In this document: one piece after another, positions 18,493 to 27,090 of the stretch
Numbering within the stretch: position 1 is the first letter of the stretch
Layout of the letters: the number at the start of each line of letters is the position of its first letter
IMG/VR virus record: IMGVR_UViG_2874945390_000004
From: a virus
Lineage: Duplodnaviria > Heunggongvirae > Uroviricota > Caudoviricetes
Strand: one strand, 5' to 3'
Length of the DNA: 33,121 bases
Notes under the pieces: model-generated
Told to the model about the DNA's origin: nothing
Database searches by the model: none
What the model saw: the letters and a program-made list of their open reading frames with translations, nothing else
Program-made: the position numbers and the translations under genes

Positions 18493-18511
18493 TTGTGCCA
18501 TTCCCGACACC
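18493..18511 (+). promoter_or_regulatory. Candidate late-promoter activator site upstream of V
   Basis: TTGTGCCATTCCCGACACC about 60 bp upstream of the V start, sharing the TGTTGT-N-AC(C) pattern with the O and FI upstream regions. Confidence 0.3.
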
Positions 18512-18558
18512 TCATCGTTACATTGCCGCCGGTATGACCCGGCGGCATCCTTCCCGTT

Positions 18559-19224
18559 ATGAACACTCTCGCAAATATCCAGGAACTCGCGCGCGCACTG
18601 CGCAACATGATCCGCACCGGCCTTGTCGTCGAAACCAACCTTAAAGCCGGTCGCTGCCGTGTGCAGACCGGCGGCATGTGCACCGACTGGCTTCAGTGGC
18701 TGACCCATCGCGCCGGTCGTTCGCGCACATGGTGGGCACCTTCCGTGGGGGAGCAGGTGCTGATTCTGGCCGTGGGCGGTGAACTTGACACGGCGTTTGT
18801 TCTGCCGGGGATTTATTCCGGCGATAACCCCGCGCCGTCTGCGTCGGCGGATGCCCTGCATATCCGTTTCCCTGACGGGGCGGTGATTGAGTATGAACCC
18901 GAAACCAGTGCACTCACGGTAAGCGGAATTAAAACGGCCAGCGTGACGGCTTCTGATTCTGTTACTGCCACGGTGCCGGTGGTCATGGTGAAAGCATCAA
19001 CCCGCGTCACCCTGGACACACCGGAGGTGGTCTGCACCAACAGGCTGATTACCGGCACGCTGGAAGTGCAGAAGGGCGGGACGATGCGCGGCAACATTGA
19101 ACACACCGGCGGTGAACTCTCATCAAACGGTAAGGTACTGCATACCCATAAACACCCGGCGACAGCGGCGGCACAACCGGGAGCCCTCTATGACAGCGCG
19201 TTATCTCGGAATGAATCGCAGTGA
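18559..19224 (+). CDS. V: Baseplate spike protein V, with a C-terminal frameshift as sequenced (221 aa; 211 aa expected)
   Basis: Matches P2 gpV to ...HTHKHP. A G run at 19158..19159 appears one base short; the alternative frame reads GDSGGTTGSPL and stops at TGA 19191..19193, overlapping the W ATG (ATGA), which gives exactly 211 aa. Confidence 0.85.
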   Translation: MNTLANIQELARALRNMIRTGLVVETNLKAGRCRVQTGGMCTDWLQWLTHRAGRSRTWWAPSVGEQVLILAVGGELDTAFVLPGIYSGDNPAPSASADALHIRFPDGAVIEYEPETSALTVSGIKTASVTASDSVTATVPVVMVKASTRVTLDTPEVVCTNRLITGTLEVQKGGTMRGNIEHTGGELSSNGKVLHTHKHPATAAAQPGALYDSALSRNESQ

Positions 19225-19537
19225 TGGCCTGACTGTCACTGACCTTGAGCATATCAGCCAGAGTATCGGCGATATCCTGCGCACACCGGTCGGCTCACGG
19301 GTGATGCGCCGTGATTACGGCTCGTTGCTGGCGTCAATGATTGACCAGCCGCAGACCCCGGCGCTTGAGTTGCAGATTAAGGTCGCCTGTTACATGGCGG
19401 TGCTGAAATGGGAACCCCGCGTCACCCTGTCATCCGTCACCACTGAGCGCAGTTTTGACGGGCGAATGACGGTCACGTTAACCGGCCAGCACAACGACAC
19501 CGGCCAGCCACTTTCGTTAACCATCCCTGTGAGTTGA
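19190..19537 (+). CDS. W: Baseplate wedge protein W (115 aa)
   Basis: MTARYLGMNRSDGLTVTDLEHISQSIGDIL; 115 aa as in P2 gpW. Confidence 0.9.
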   Translation: MTARYLGMNRSDGLTVTDLEHISQSIGDILRTPVGSRVMRRDYGSLLASMIDQPQTPALELQIKVACYMAVLKWEPRVTLSSVTTERSFDGRMTVTLTGQHNDTGQPLSLTIPVS

Positions 19538-19541
19538 AACC

Positions 19542-20450
19542 ATGCCGATTATCGACCTGAACCAGCTACCCGCACCGGATGTGGTCGAGGAGCTGGACTT
19601 TGAAACCATTCTTGCCGAACGCAAGGCGACACTGATTTCCCTTTACCCGGAAGACCAGCAGGAGGCGGTTGCCCGTACCCTGACGCTGGAATCCGAGCCT
19701 CTCGTCAAACTGCTGGAGGAAAATGCTTATCGTGAGCTTATCTGGCGTCAGCGTGTGAATGAGGCCGCACGGGCGGTAATGCTGGCCTGTGCCGCCGGTA
19801 ATGACCTTGATGTGATTGGTGCCAATTACAACACCACGCGCCTGATTATCACCCCGGCAGATGATTCGACCATCCCGCCGACACCGGCAGTGATGGAGTC
19901 TGACACCGATTATCGTCTGCGTATTCAGCAGGCGTTTGAGGGCTTAAGCGTCGCCGGGTCGGTGGGAGCCTATCAGTATCATGGTCGCAGTGCCGACGGG
20001 CGTGTCGCGGATATTTCTGTCACCAGTCCGTCTCCGGCCTGCGTCACCATCTCTGTGCTGTCACGTGAAAATAACGGCGTCGCATCCGAAGACCTGCTGG
20101 CCGTGGTGCGTAACGCCCTTAATGGCGAGGACGTCAGGCCGGTGGCCGACCGCGTGACCGTGCAGTCTGCCGCCATCGTTGAATACCAGATAAACGCCAC
20201 GCTTTACCTTTACCCTGGTCCTGAAAGCGAACCCATCCGCGCTGCTGCCGTGAAAAAACTGGAAGCGTACATCACAGCACAGCACCGGCTGGGGCGTGAC
20301 ATCCGTCTGTCTGCCATTTATGCCGCTTTGCATGTGGAAGGCGTGCAGCGTGTTGAACTGGCTTCACCACTGGCCGACATCGTGCTCAACAGTACGCAGG
20401 CGTCTTTCTGTACCGAATACCGCGTCGTGACCGGAGGCTCGGATGAGTGA
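19542..20450 (+). CDS. J: Baseplate protein J (302 aa)
   Basis: 302-aa ORF as in P2 gpJ. Confidence 0.9.
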   Translation: MPIIDLNQLPAPDVVEELDFETILAERKATLISLYPEDQQEAVARTLTLESEPLVKLLEENAYRELIWRQRVNEAARAVMLACAAGNDLDVIGANYNTTRLIITPADDSTIPPTPAVMESDTDYRLRIQQAFEGLSVAGSVGAYQYHGRSADGRVADISVTSPSPACVTISVLSRENNGVASEDLLAVVRNALNGEDVRPVADRVTVQSAAIVEYQINATLYLYPGPESEPIRAAAVKKLEAYITAQHRLGRDIRLSAIYAALHVEGVQRVELASPLADIVLNSTQASFCTEYRVVTGGSDE

Positions 20451-20973
20451 TTCGCGACTGCTGCCGACCGGCTCATCACCGCTTGAAGTTGCCGCCGCAC
20501 AAGCCTGTGCGGAAATTGAAAAAACGCCGGTCAGGATTCGTGAACTGTGGAACCCGGATACCTGTCCGGCAAATCTGCTGCCGTGGCTGGCGTGGGCGTT
20601 TTCGGTCGACAGGTGGGATGAAAAGTGGCCGGAAGCGACAAAACGCGCCGTTATCCGCGATGCCTATTTCATCCACTGTCATAAAGGCACTATCGGCGCA
20701 ATCCGGCGTGTGGTGGAGCCGCTCGGCTATCTCATCAACGTGACGGAGTGGTGGGAAAACAGTGACCCGCCCGGCACCTTCCGGCTTGATATTGGTGTAC
20801 TGGAAAGCGGCATCACAGAGGCAATGTATCAGGAAATGGAACGGCTTATTGCTGATGCCAAACCTGCAAGCCGTCATCTTATTGGCCTGAACATTACCCG
20901 GGACATTCCCGGCTACCTGTTCGCCGGTGGTGTGGCTTACGACGGCGATGTAATTACGGTTTACCCCGGATAA
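20443..20973 (+). CDS. I: Baseplate protein I (176 aa)
   Basis: 176-aa ORF overlapping the J stop; P2 gpI size. Confidence 0.9.
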   Translation: MSDSRLLPTGSSPLEVAAAQACAEIEKTPVRIRELWNPDTCPANLLPWLAWAFSVDRWDEKWPEATKRAVIRDAYFIHCHKGTIGAIRRVVEPLGYLINVTEWWENSDPPGTFRLDIGVLESGITEAMYQEMERLIADAKPASRHLIGLNITRDIPGYLFAGGVAYDGDVITVYPG

Positions 20974-20983
20974 GTGAGGAATA

Positions 20984-23302
20984 ATGAGCACAAAATTCAG
21001 AACCGTTATCACCACTGCCGGTGCAGCAAAGCTGGCAGCGGCAACCGCACCGGGAGGGCGGAAGGTCAACATTACCACGATGGCCGTCGGGGATGGCGGT
21101 GGTAAATTGCCTGTCCCGGATGCCGGACAGACCGGGCTTATCCACGAAGTCTGGCGACATACGCTGAACAAAATCAGCCAGGACAAACGAAACAGTAATT
21201 ATATTATCGCAGAGCTGGTTATTCCGCCGGAGGTGGGCGGTTTCTGGATGCGTGAGCTTGGCCTGTACGATGATGCGGGAACGTTAATTGCCGTGGCGAA
21301 CATGGCCGAAAGTTATAAGCCAGCTCTTGCCGAAGGCTCAGGGCGTTCGCAGACCTGTCGCATGGTCATCATCGTCAGCAGTGTGGCCTCGGTGGAGCTG
21401 ACCATTGACACCACAACGGTGATGGCGACACAGGATTACGTTGATGACAAAATTGCAGAGCACGAACAGTCACGACGTCACCCGGACGCCTCGCTGACCG
21501 CAAAAGGTTTTACTCAGTTAAGCAGTGCGACCAACAGCACGTCTGAAACACTGGCCGCAACGCCGAAAGCGGTAAAGGCCGCCTATGACCTTGCTAACGG
21601 GAAATATACCGCACAGGACGCTACCACAGCGCGAAAAGGTCTTGTCCAGCTCAGTAGTGCCACCAACAGCACGTCTGAAACGCTTGCGGCAACGCCAAAG
21701 GCGGTTAAGACAGCGTATGACCTTGCTAACGGGAAATACACTGCACAGGACGCCACTACAGCGCGAAAAGGTCTTGTCCAGCTCAGTAGCGCCACCAACA
21801 GCGATTCTGAAACGCTTGCGGCAACACCAAAGGCGGTTAAGACAGCGTATGACCTTGCTAACGGGAAATACACTGCACAGGATGCCACCACAGCGCGAAA
21901 AGGTCTTGTCCAGCTAAGTAGTGCCATCAACAGCGATTCTGAAACGCTGGCCGCAACGCCAAAAGCAGTGAAGTCTGCCTATGACAATGCTGAAAAACGT
22001 CTTCAGAAAGATCAGAACGGTGCGGATATTCCGGGAAAGGATACCTTCACGAAAAATATCGGTGCCTGTCGTGCTTATAGCGGCGCTTTGAGCACTGAAG
22101 CCGGAAACTGGACAACCGCTCAGTTTATTGAATGGCTGGATTCCCGTGGTGCATTTAATCATCCGTACTGGATGTGCAAAGGCTCCTGGTCATATGCAAA
22201 TAACAAAATCATTACGGATACCGGATGTGGTGATATCCACCTGGCTGGTTGTGTCGTCGAGGTCATGGGAACAAAATCTGCAATCACTATTCGAGTGACC
22301 ACGCCGACAACATCAAGCGGTGGCGGTACAACCAGCGCGCAATTCACTTACATTAATCATGGGGACGGCTACTCCCCCGGCTGGCGTCGTGACTGGAATC
22401 GTCAGGGCGACGCAATGACCGGAACGATTAATCAGGATGGCGGAAGCCAGAATGCCTATATGTCTACGGCCTTATGTTCAGGCACCAGAGGCGGCAAAAA
22501 ATATCTCAGAAAGTTTCGTGGTGGAGAAGGAGACACTATCTGGCATGAAACAGTGCAGGGCGGGGTAATTCGCTGGGCGACAGGAAACTATGACGCTCAG
22601 GAAGAATTATCACTCAGCTCTGCTTATGGTCTTCGTTCAAGAGGTGAAATTACATCACTCAGTGCTAATGGTCTGCGCATTGCTTATGGCAATTATGGAT
22701 TCTTTATCAGGAATGATGGTGGCAGCACATATTTAATGCTGACGGCCTCTGGTGATAAATTTGGGACATGGAACGGTTTAAGGCCGCTGACTATCAATAA
22801 CGCTAATGGCGGAGTGTCAATGGGGCATGGCCTGAGTGTTACTGGTGATATTGCCTCAAGTACCAAAGTACGTGCCGGTAGCGGGAAAAAGTTCACGGTC
22901 AGCAGCAGCAATACATCCACGAAGGAAGCCGCATTCAATTTGTGGGGAAACTCAAGTCGTCCTGTGGTGGCTGAATTAGGTGATGATGCAGGCTGGCATT
23001 TTTACAGTCAGAGAAATACAGATAACAGCATCACTTTTGCTGTTAACGGGCAGGTATCACCATCTAACTATAGTAATTTTGATTCACGCTATGTCCGGGA
23101 TATCCGGCTTGGTGGTGCTGCCACATACAAACCTGCGAACAATGGCATGACATGGACACATCAGGCACCGTCCGGGTGTGTATATTCCGGCATTATTGTT
23201 CAGGATACCGGCTCAAACTCTGCCGATAACATTGGTGGCATATATTACAGACCGGTGCAGAAATACATTAACGGGACTTGGTATAACGTGGCGCAGGTAT
23301 AA
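20984..23302 (+). CDS. H: Tail fibre protein H (772 aa) with an expanded internal tandem repeat and a divergent C-terminal receptor-binding region
   Basis: N-terminal about 170 aa match P2 gpH (MSTKFRTVITTAGAAKLAAATAPGG...), followed by repeats of QLSSATNSTSETLAATPKAVKxAYDLANGKYTAQDATTARKGLV and a lower-GC C-terminal domain. Longer than the 669 aa I recall for P2 gpH. Confidence 0.9.
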   Translation: MSTKFRTVITTAGAAKLAAATAPGGRKVNITTMAVGDGGGKLPVPDAGQTGLIHEVWRHTLNKISQDKRNSNYIIAELVIPPEVGGFWMRELGLYDDAGTLIAVANMAESYKPALAEGSGRSQTCRMVIIVSSVASVELTIDTTTVMATQDYVDDKIAEHEQSRRHPDASLTAKGFTQLSSATNSTSETLAATPKAVKAAYDLANGKYTAQDATTARKGLVQLSSATNSTSETLAATPKAVKTAYDLANGKYTAQDATTARKGLVQLSSATNSDSETLAATPKAVKTAYDLANGKYTAQDATTARKGLVQLSSAINSDSETLAATPKAVKSAYDNAEKRLQKDQNGADIPGKDTFTKNIGACRAYSGALSTEAGNWTTAQFIEWLDSRGAFNHPYWMCKGSWSYANNKIITDTGCGDIHLAGCVVEVMGTKSAITIRVTTPTTSSGGGTTSAQFTYINHGDGYSPGWRRDWNRQGDAMTGTINQDGGSQNAYMSTALCSGTRGGKKYLRKFRGGEGDTIWHETVQGGVIRWATGNYDAQEELSLSSAYGLRSRGEITSLSANGLRIAYGNYGFFIRNDGGSTYLMLTASGDKFGTWNGLRPLTINNANGGVSMGHGLSVTGDIASSTKVRAGSGKKFTVSSSNTSTKEAAFNLWGNSSRPVVAELGDDAGWHFYSQRNTDNSITFAVNGQVSPSNYSNFDSRYVRDIRLGGAATYKPANNGMTWTHQAPSGCVYSGIIVQDTGSNSADNIGGIYYRPVQKYINGTWYNVAQV
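21515..21985 (+). repeat. Tandem repeat of 132 bp (44 codons), about 3.5 copies, inside H
   Basis: Near-identical units start at 21515, 21647, 21779 and 21911 (partial). The repeat also produces the spurious mirrored ORFs on both strands at 21583..21930. Confidence 0.9.
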
Positions 23303-23305
23303 TTT

Positions 23306-23833
23306 ATGCAGCATTTGATAAATATAACGGCAGGTAATCCAAAAACGGTTGAACAATATCAATTGACAAAGGACTTTGATGTTGTCTGGTTTTTTTCAGA
23401 AGATGGTAAGAACTGGTACGAAGAACAAAAGTATTTTGCTGATGACACGATAAAAATAGCGTACGACAAAGATAATATTATCCGCTATGTGGAAAAGGAT
23501 GTGACAGCTATCAGACCGGATGGATTAAGTGTTGTTGAAGTGCCGGATATTACTGCTAACCGACGGGCGGACATTTCAGGGAACTGGATGTTTAAGGACG
23601 GTACAGTGATTAAACGAATTTATACGGCAGAGGAATTGCAGCAGCAGGCAGAAAATCGGAAAGCCAGACTTCTTGCAGATGCTGAATCCGTGATTTTGCC
23701 GCTGGAGCGCGCTGTCAGGCTGAATATGGCAACAGATGAGGAGCGCAGCCTACTGGAAGCATGGGAACGCTACAGCGTTCTGGTCAGTCGTGTGGATCCT
23801 GCAAATCCTGAATGGCCGGAAATGCCGCAATAA
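23306..23833 (+). CDS. G: Tail fibre assembly chaperone G (175 aa)
   Basis: 175-aa ORF directly after H; C-terminal region typical of tail-fibre assembly proteins ([25 protein letters not shown]). Confidence 0.85.
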   Translation: MQHLINITAGNPKTVEQYQLTKDFDVVWFFSEDGKNWYEEQKYFADDTIKIAYDKDNIIRYVEKDVTAIRPDGLSVVEVPDITANRRADISGNWMFKDGTVIKRIYTAEELQQQAENRKARLLADAESVILPLERAVRLNMATDEERSLLEAWERYSVLVSRVDPANPEWPEMPQ

Positions 23834-23947
23834 GTTGTATGAGCTCTGGTGTGAGCTTACATATCTATGGCACAGAGTAAAGCCTAATCTGAGAGTCCGC
23901 TCTGTGCCAGAAGTAGACGCACAAGGTGGGCGTGTCTTTTTCTTAAG

Positions 23948-25365
23948 CTACATCGGGCTCTTATATGGGGAATGAGAGTTTTTGAAACGCGGTTCTTCAT
24001 GCTTCGGACTGTAAATTCTTGCATGATTATCTATCACAACTTTACTTCCAAGAATATCTCGAGCTTCTCCTAACGACCACACAGTAGAAAGATCATTAGT
24101 CAAATTTCGATAGAGAGCACGAAACCCCTTGGGTTTTTTAAGATCATATAAGAAATCAGGAACTTTAACTTTAAAATTAAAGGTCGGTAGTTTCGGAAGG
24201 GAATTAATAGCCGCAACAGTATTGTATACATGTACAAGCTTAGTTACAGGTACACCTTGTCTAGTCTTGAGCCCATACTTAGTTCGAATATAATCTGATT
24301 CTTTCGATACTTCAGTAAGCAATGCTCTTACTGACTTATTAGCTTGAGGCAATTCATTTTCATCAAACAAGCGCTTTATTTCTCGCATTTTCTCACGGGC
24401 CCTTACAAATTCGTTGTTGTCCCTTATGTTATAAGCAGCTTCAACAATACAACTTGGATCACCAGTTTCTTTTGCGAGCCATGCCGAAAATAAAGGAAGC
24501 GAAGTTGCTGTTGCTACAGCTTTACCACCAGAATGAATATCAATGAGATCATGACTTAACGAAGTGGAAAAGTTTTCTACAATATGTTTAGCATAGTCAA
24601 AACCATACTGACAGTTTTGGCTTAAATATGTCTGTTGATACGCCTGACGTAATGGATATAAAAAAGTATCTGCTTGAAGGTACTTAGCTGTGAGAGAATA
24701 AAATACTGCCCGATTAGCCAGCCATACAAGCGAAGCCACGAATGCTTTGATTGCATCTGATGCTTCACCAGCAGATGTGCCATCCCCCATTTTGCTCCGG
24801 GAACTTTGTACCCCTTGCGAATAGGGTTGCCAAATCGATCGAGAAGTTCAACATCGCCATTTGTTCTATTACCAGACTCAGCAGCATCACGCAGTTCTGA
24901 AAAAATGGCAGCAGCAATGTTACCATATTTTTCAAACTCCTTACCTCCATCAGATAAGTTCTTCAGTGTTAGATGATAAACACTTGAACTAATGTCCCAT
25001 GTACATATGATATGTGTCTGAAGAAGTTCAATTAGTTTTTTAAAATCGTCATTAACAAATGTTCCACCACGAATTTTAGGTTTCAATGCATCAGATATTT
25101 TTTTTTGCTTCACTTTCAATTTCATCCAACCCATATTGTGCTTTATCAAGAAATAATATCTCTCTGAAACTTGAAATCCTACTCCCACGGTACTCTGGAA
25201 TATAATCATCAACCGCGATAACGTGATCATAGAACAAAATAGACTGTATATAGTTCTCAAATGCTATTATGTCTGTATCTACTGAGTCCTTCGATCTTGT
25301 TTTTACTTTCCCTCGATTCTTTGGACTGCAGTTAGAGTTGAATTATCAATCAGTGCGTATGTCAT
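23948..25365 (-). CDS. Large uncharacterised leftward cargo gene (about 472 aa if three single-base frame breaks are repaired), P2 Z/fun position
   Basis: AT-rich. ATG at 25365 with an AAGGA ribosome-binding site opens MTYALIDNSTLTAVQRIEGK. Coding-like translation continues through three frame changes at homopolymer runs (G run near 25311..25313, A9 run 25093..25101, G5 run 24788..24792), joining the ORF-track pieces 24622..25260 and 23948..24790. No known domain recognised. Confidence 0.55.
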
Positions 25366-25682
25366 TTACATTCCTTAAATAAAAAACATTAATGGTTGCT
25401 CCAAAAATACTAGCAACCTTATTTCAGTGAAGTCAATTTTTTAACATTAATCATTTACACACGCTTGAAAAGTGATCGCTGAAAATGGCATTTACTACAT
25501 TATCAAAGTTCCCATCGAAGATAATCGAAATTTTTCCCGGTAGCAGATATCGTGAGATTTAACGCTTTTCGCTCATAGCAGGCTGTCAGATTTGATAGCG
25601 TTTGGGCTATGTAAACTGTCAGTCGGAAAATGAGTGTGTACAAATCAGGACATGCGGGCGAATTGCCCGCATTTTCTTTATC

Positions 25683-25702
25683 TGTTGTTTCATCCACTGA
25701 CC
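25683..25702 (+). promoter_or_regulatory. Candidate late-promoter activator site upstream of FI
   Basis: TGTTGTTTCATCCACTGACC about 90 bp upstream of the FI ATG; shares the TGTTGT-N-ACC pattern with the O and V upstream elements. Confidence 0.35.
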
Positions 25703-25775
25703 AGCCAGGTCAAATAGCGTCTCATGCACTGCCCAACAGAAAATAGTTGCACCCATTAACCACGGAGTTAAACGG

Positions 25776-26606
25776 ATGAGTGACTATCATCACGGCGTGC
25801 AGGTGCTGGAGATTAACGACGGCACCCGCGTCATTTCCACCGTATCCACTGCCATTGTCGGCATGGTCTGCACGGCCAGCGATGCGGATGCGGAAACCTT
25901 CCCCCTCAATAAACCGGTGCTGATTACCAATGTGCAGAGCGCAATTGCAAAGGCCGGTAAAAAAGGCACGCTGGCGGCATCGTTGCAGGCCATCGCCGAC
26001 CAGTCAAAACCGGTCACCGTTGTCGTGCGTGTGGAAGACGGCACCGGCGACGACGAGGAAACGAAACTCGCGCAGACCGTTTCCAATATCATCGGCACCA
26101 CCGACGAAAACGGTCAGTACACCGGACTGAAAGCCCTGCTGGCGGCGGAGTCGGTAACCGGTGTTAAACCGCGTATTCTCGGCGTGCCGGGACTGGACAC
26201 CAAAGAGGTGGCTGTTGCACTGGCATCAGTCTGTCAGAAGCTGCGCGCTTTCGGGTATATCAGCGCATGGGGCTGTAAGACCGTTTCCGAGGTGAAAGCC
26301 TACCGTCAGAATTTCAGCCAGCGTGAGCTGATGGTCATCTGGCCGGATTTCCTCGCATGGGATACGGTCGCCAGTACCACCGCCACCGCGTATGCCACCG
26401 CCCGTGCGCTGGGTCTGCGCGCTAAAATCGACACCGGCGAGGGTAAACAGGGAGAAGACACCGAGTCGAAAATCTCCGTGGTCTGCACCTATTTCCGGCT
26501 GACGATGGACGGTAAGGAGCTGGTCGAAATCGACACCATCAACATGATTGAGAAGGTGAACGGCGTCGACCGGCTGGAGCAACACCGCCGCAATATCGGC
26601 CTGTAA
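25776..26606 (+). CDS. FI: Tail sheath FI N-terminal portion fused in frame to the tail tube FII C-terminus (276 aa; deletion derivative)
   Basis: The first ~230 aa match P2 sheath gpFI (MSDYHHGVQVLEINDGTRVISTVSTAIVGMV...ARALGLRAKID). The sequence then continues as TGEGKQGEDTESKISVVCTYFRLTMDGKELVEIDTINMIEKVNGVDRLEQHRRNIGL, which I recall as the C-terminus of P2 tube protein FII. E follows directly and no separate FII gene is present. Confidence 0.75.
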   Translation: MSDYHHGVQVLEINDGTRVISTVSTAIVGMVCTASDADAETFPLNKPVLITNVQSAIAKAGKKGTLAASLQAIADQSKPVTVVVRVEDGTGDDEETKLAQTVSNIIGTTDENGQYTGLKALLAAESVTGVKPRILGVPGLDTKEVAVALASVCQKLRAFGYISAWGCKTVSEVKAYRQNFSQRELMVIWPDFLAWDTVASTTATAYATARALGLRAKIDTGEGKQGEDTESKISVVCTYFRLTMDGKELVEIDTINMIEKVNGVDRLEQHRRNIGL

Positions 26607-26662
26607 TTTTCATCCGGTCAGCCTGGCTGACCGGTTAACCCCGATTCAGAAGTGAGAAAACC

Positions 26663-26938
26663 ATGAACAAAGAAAATGTGATTACCCTGGACAATCCGGT
26701 CAAGCGTGGTGAGCAGGTTATCGAACAGGTCACGCTGATGAAACCCAGTGCGGGGACGCTGCGCGGTGTCAGTCTGGCTGCGGTCGCAAACTCAGAAGTC
26801 GATGCACTGATTAAGGTGCTGCCGCGCATGACGGCACCGATGCTGACCGAGCAGGAAGTCGCCGCGCTGGAACTGCCTGACCTTGTGGCGCTGGCCGGTA
26901 AGGTGGTCGGTTTTTTGTCGCCGAACTCGGTGCAGTGA
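26663..26938 (+). CDS. E: Tail assembly chaperone E (91 aa)
   Basis: MNKENVITLDNPVKRGEQVIEQVTLMKPSAG...; 91 aa as in P2 gpE. Confidence 0.85.
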   Translation: MNKENVITLDNPVKRGEQVIEQVTLMKPSAGTLRGVSLAAVANSEVDALIKVLPRMTAPMLTEQEVAALELPDLVALAGKVVGFLSPNSVQ

Positions 26939-27090
26939 CGCTTCCGAAAAATCTGTCGGTCGATGACCTGATGGCGGATGTGGCAGTGATATTTCACTGG
27001 CCGCCATCAGAACTGTATCCCATGAGCCTGACCGAACTCATCACATGGCGCGAAAAGGCGCTCAGGCGAAGCGGAAACACGAATGAGTAA
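26663..27090 (+). CDS. E': E+E' tail assembly chaperone made by programmed -1 ribosomal frameshift (142 aa)
   Basis: Slippery sequence G GTT TTT TG at 26910..26917 near the end of E. The -1 frame stays open to TAA at 27088..27090, overlapping the T start, giving 142 aa as for P2 E+E'. Confidence 0.7.

Noticed and set aside
21583-21930. Two mirrored ORFs of about 110 aa on both strands inside H
   Set aside because: They are by-products of the 132-bp tandem repeat and are fully contained within the well-supported H reading frame.
25503-25697. 64-aa minus-strand ORF in the spacer upstream of FI
   Set aside because: No ribosome-binding site, and it overlaps the probable late-promoter region of FI; regarded as non-coding spacer.
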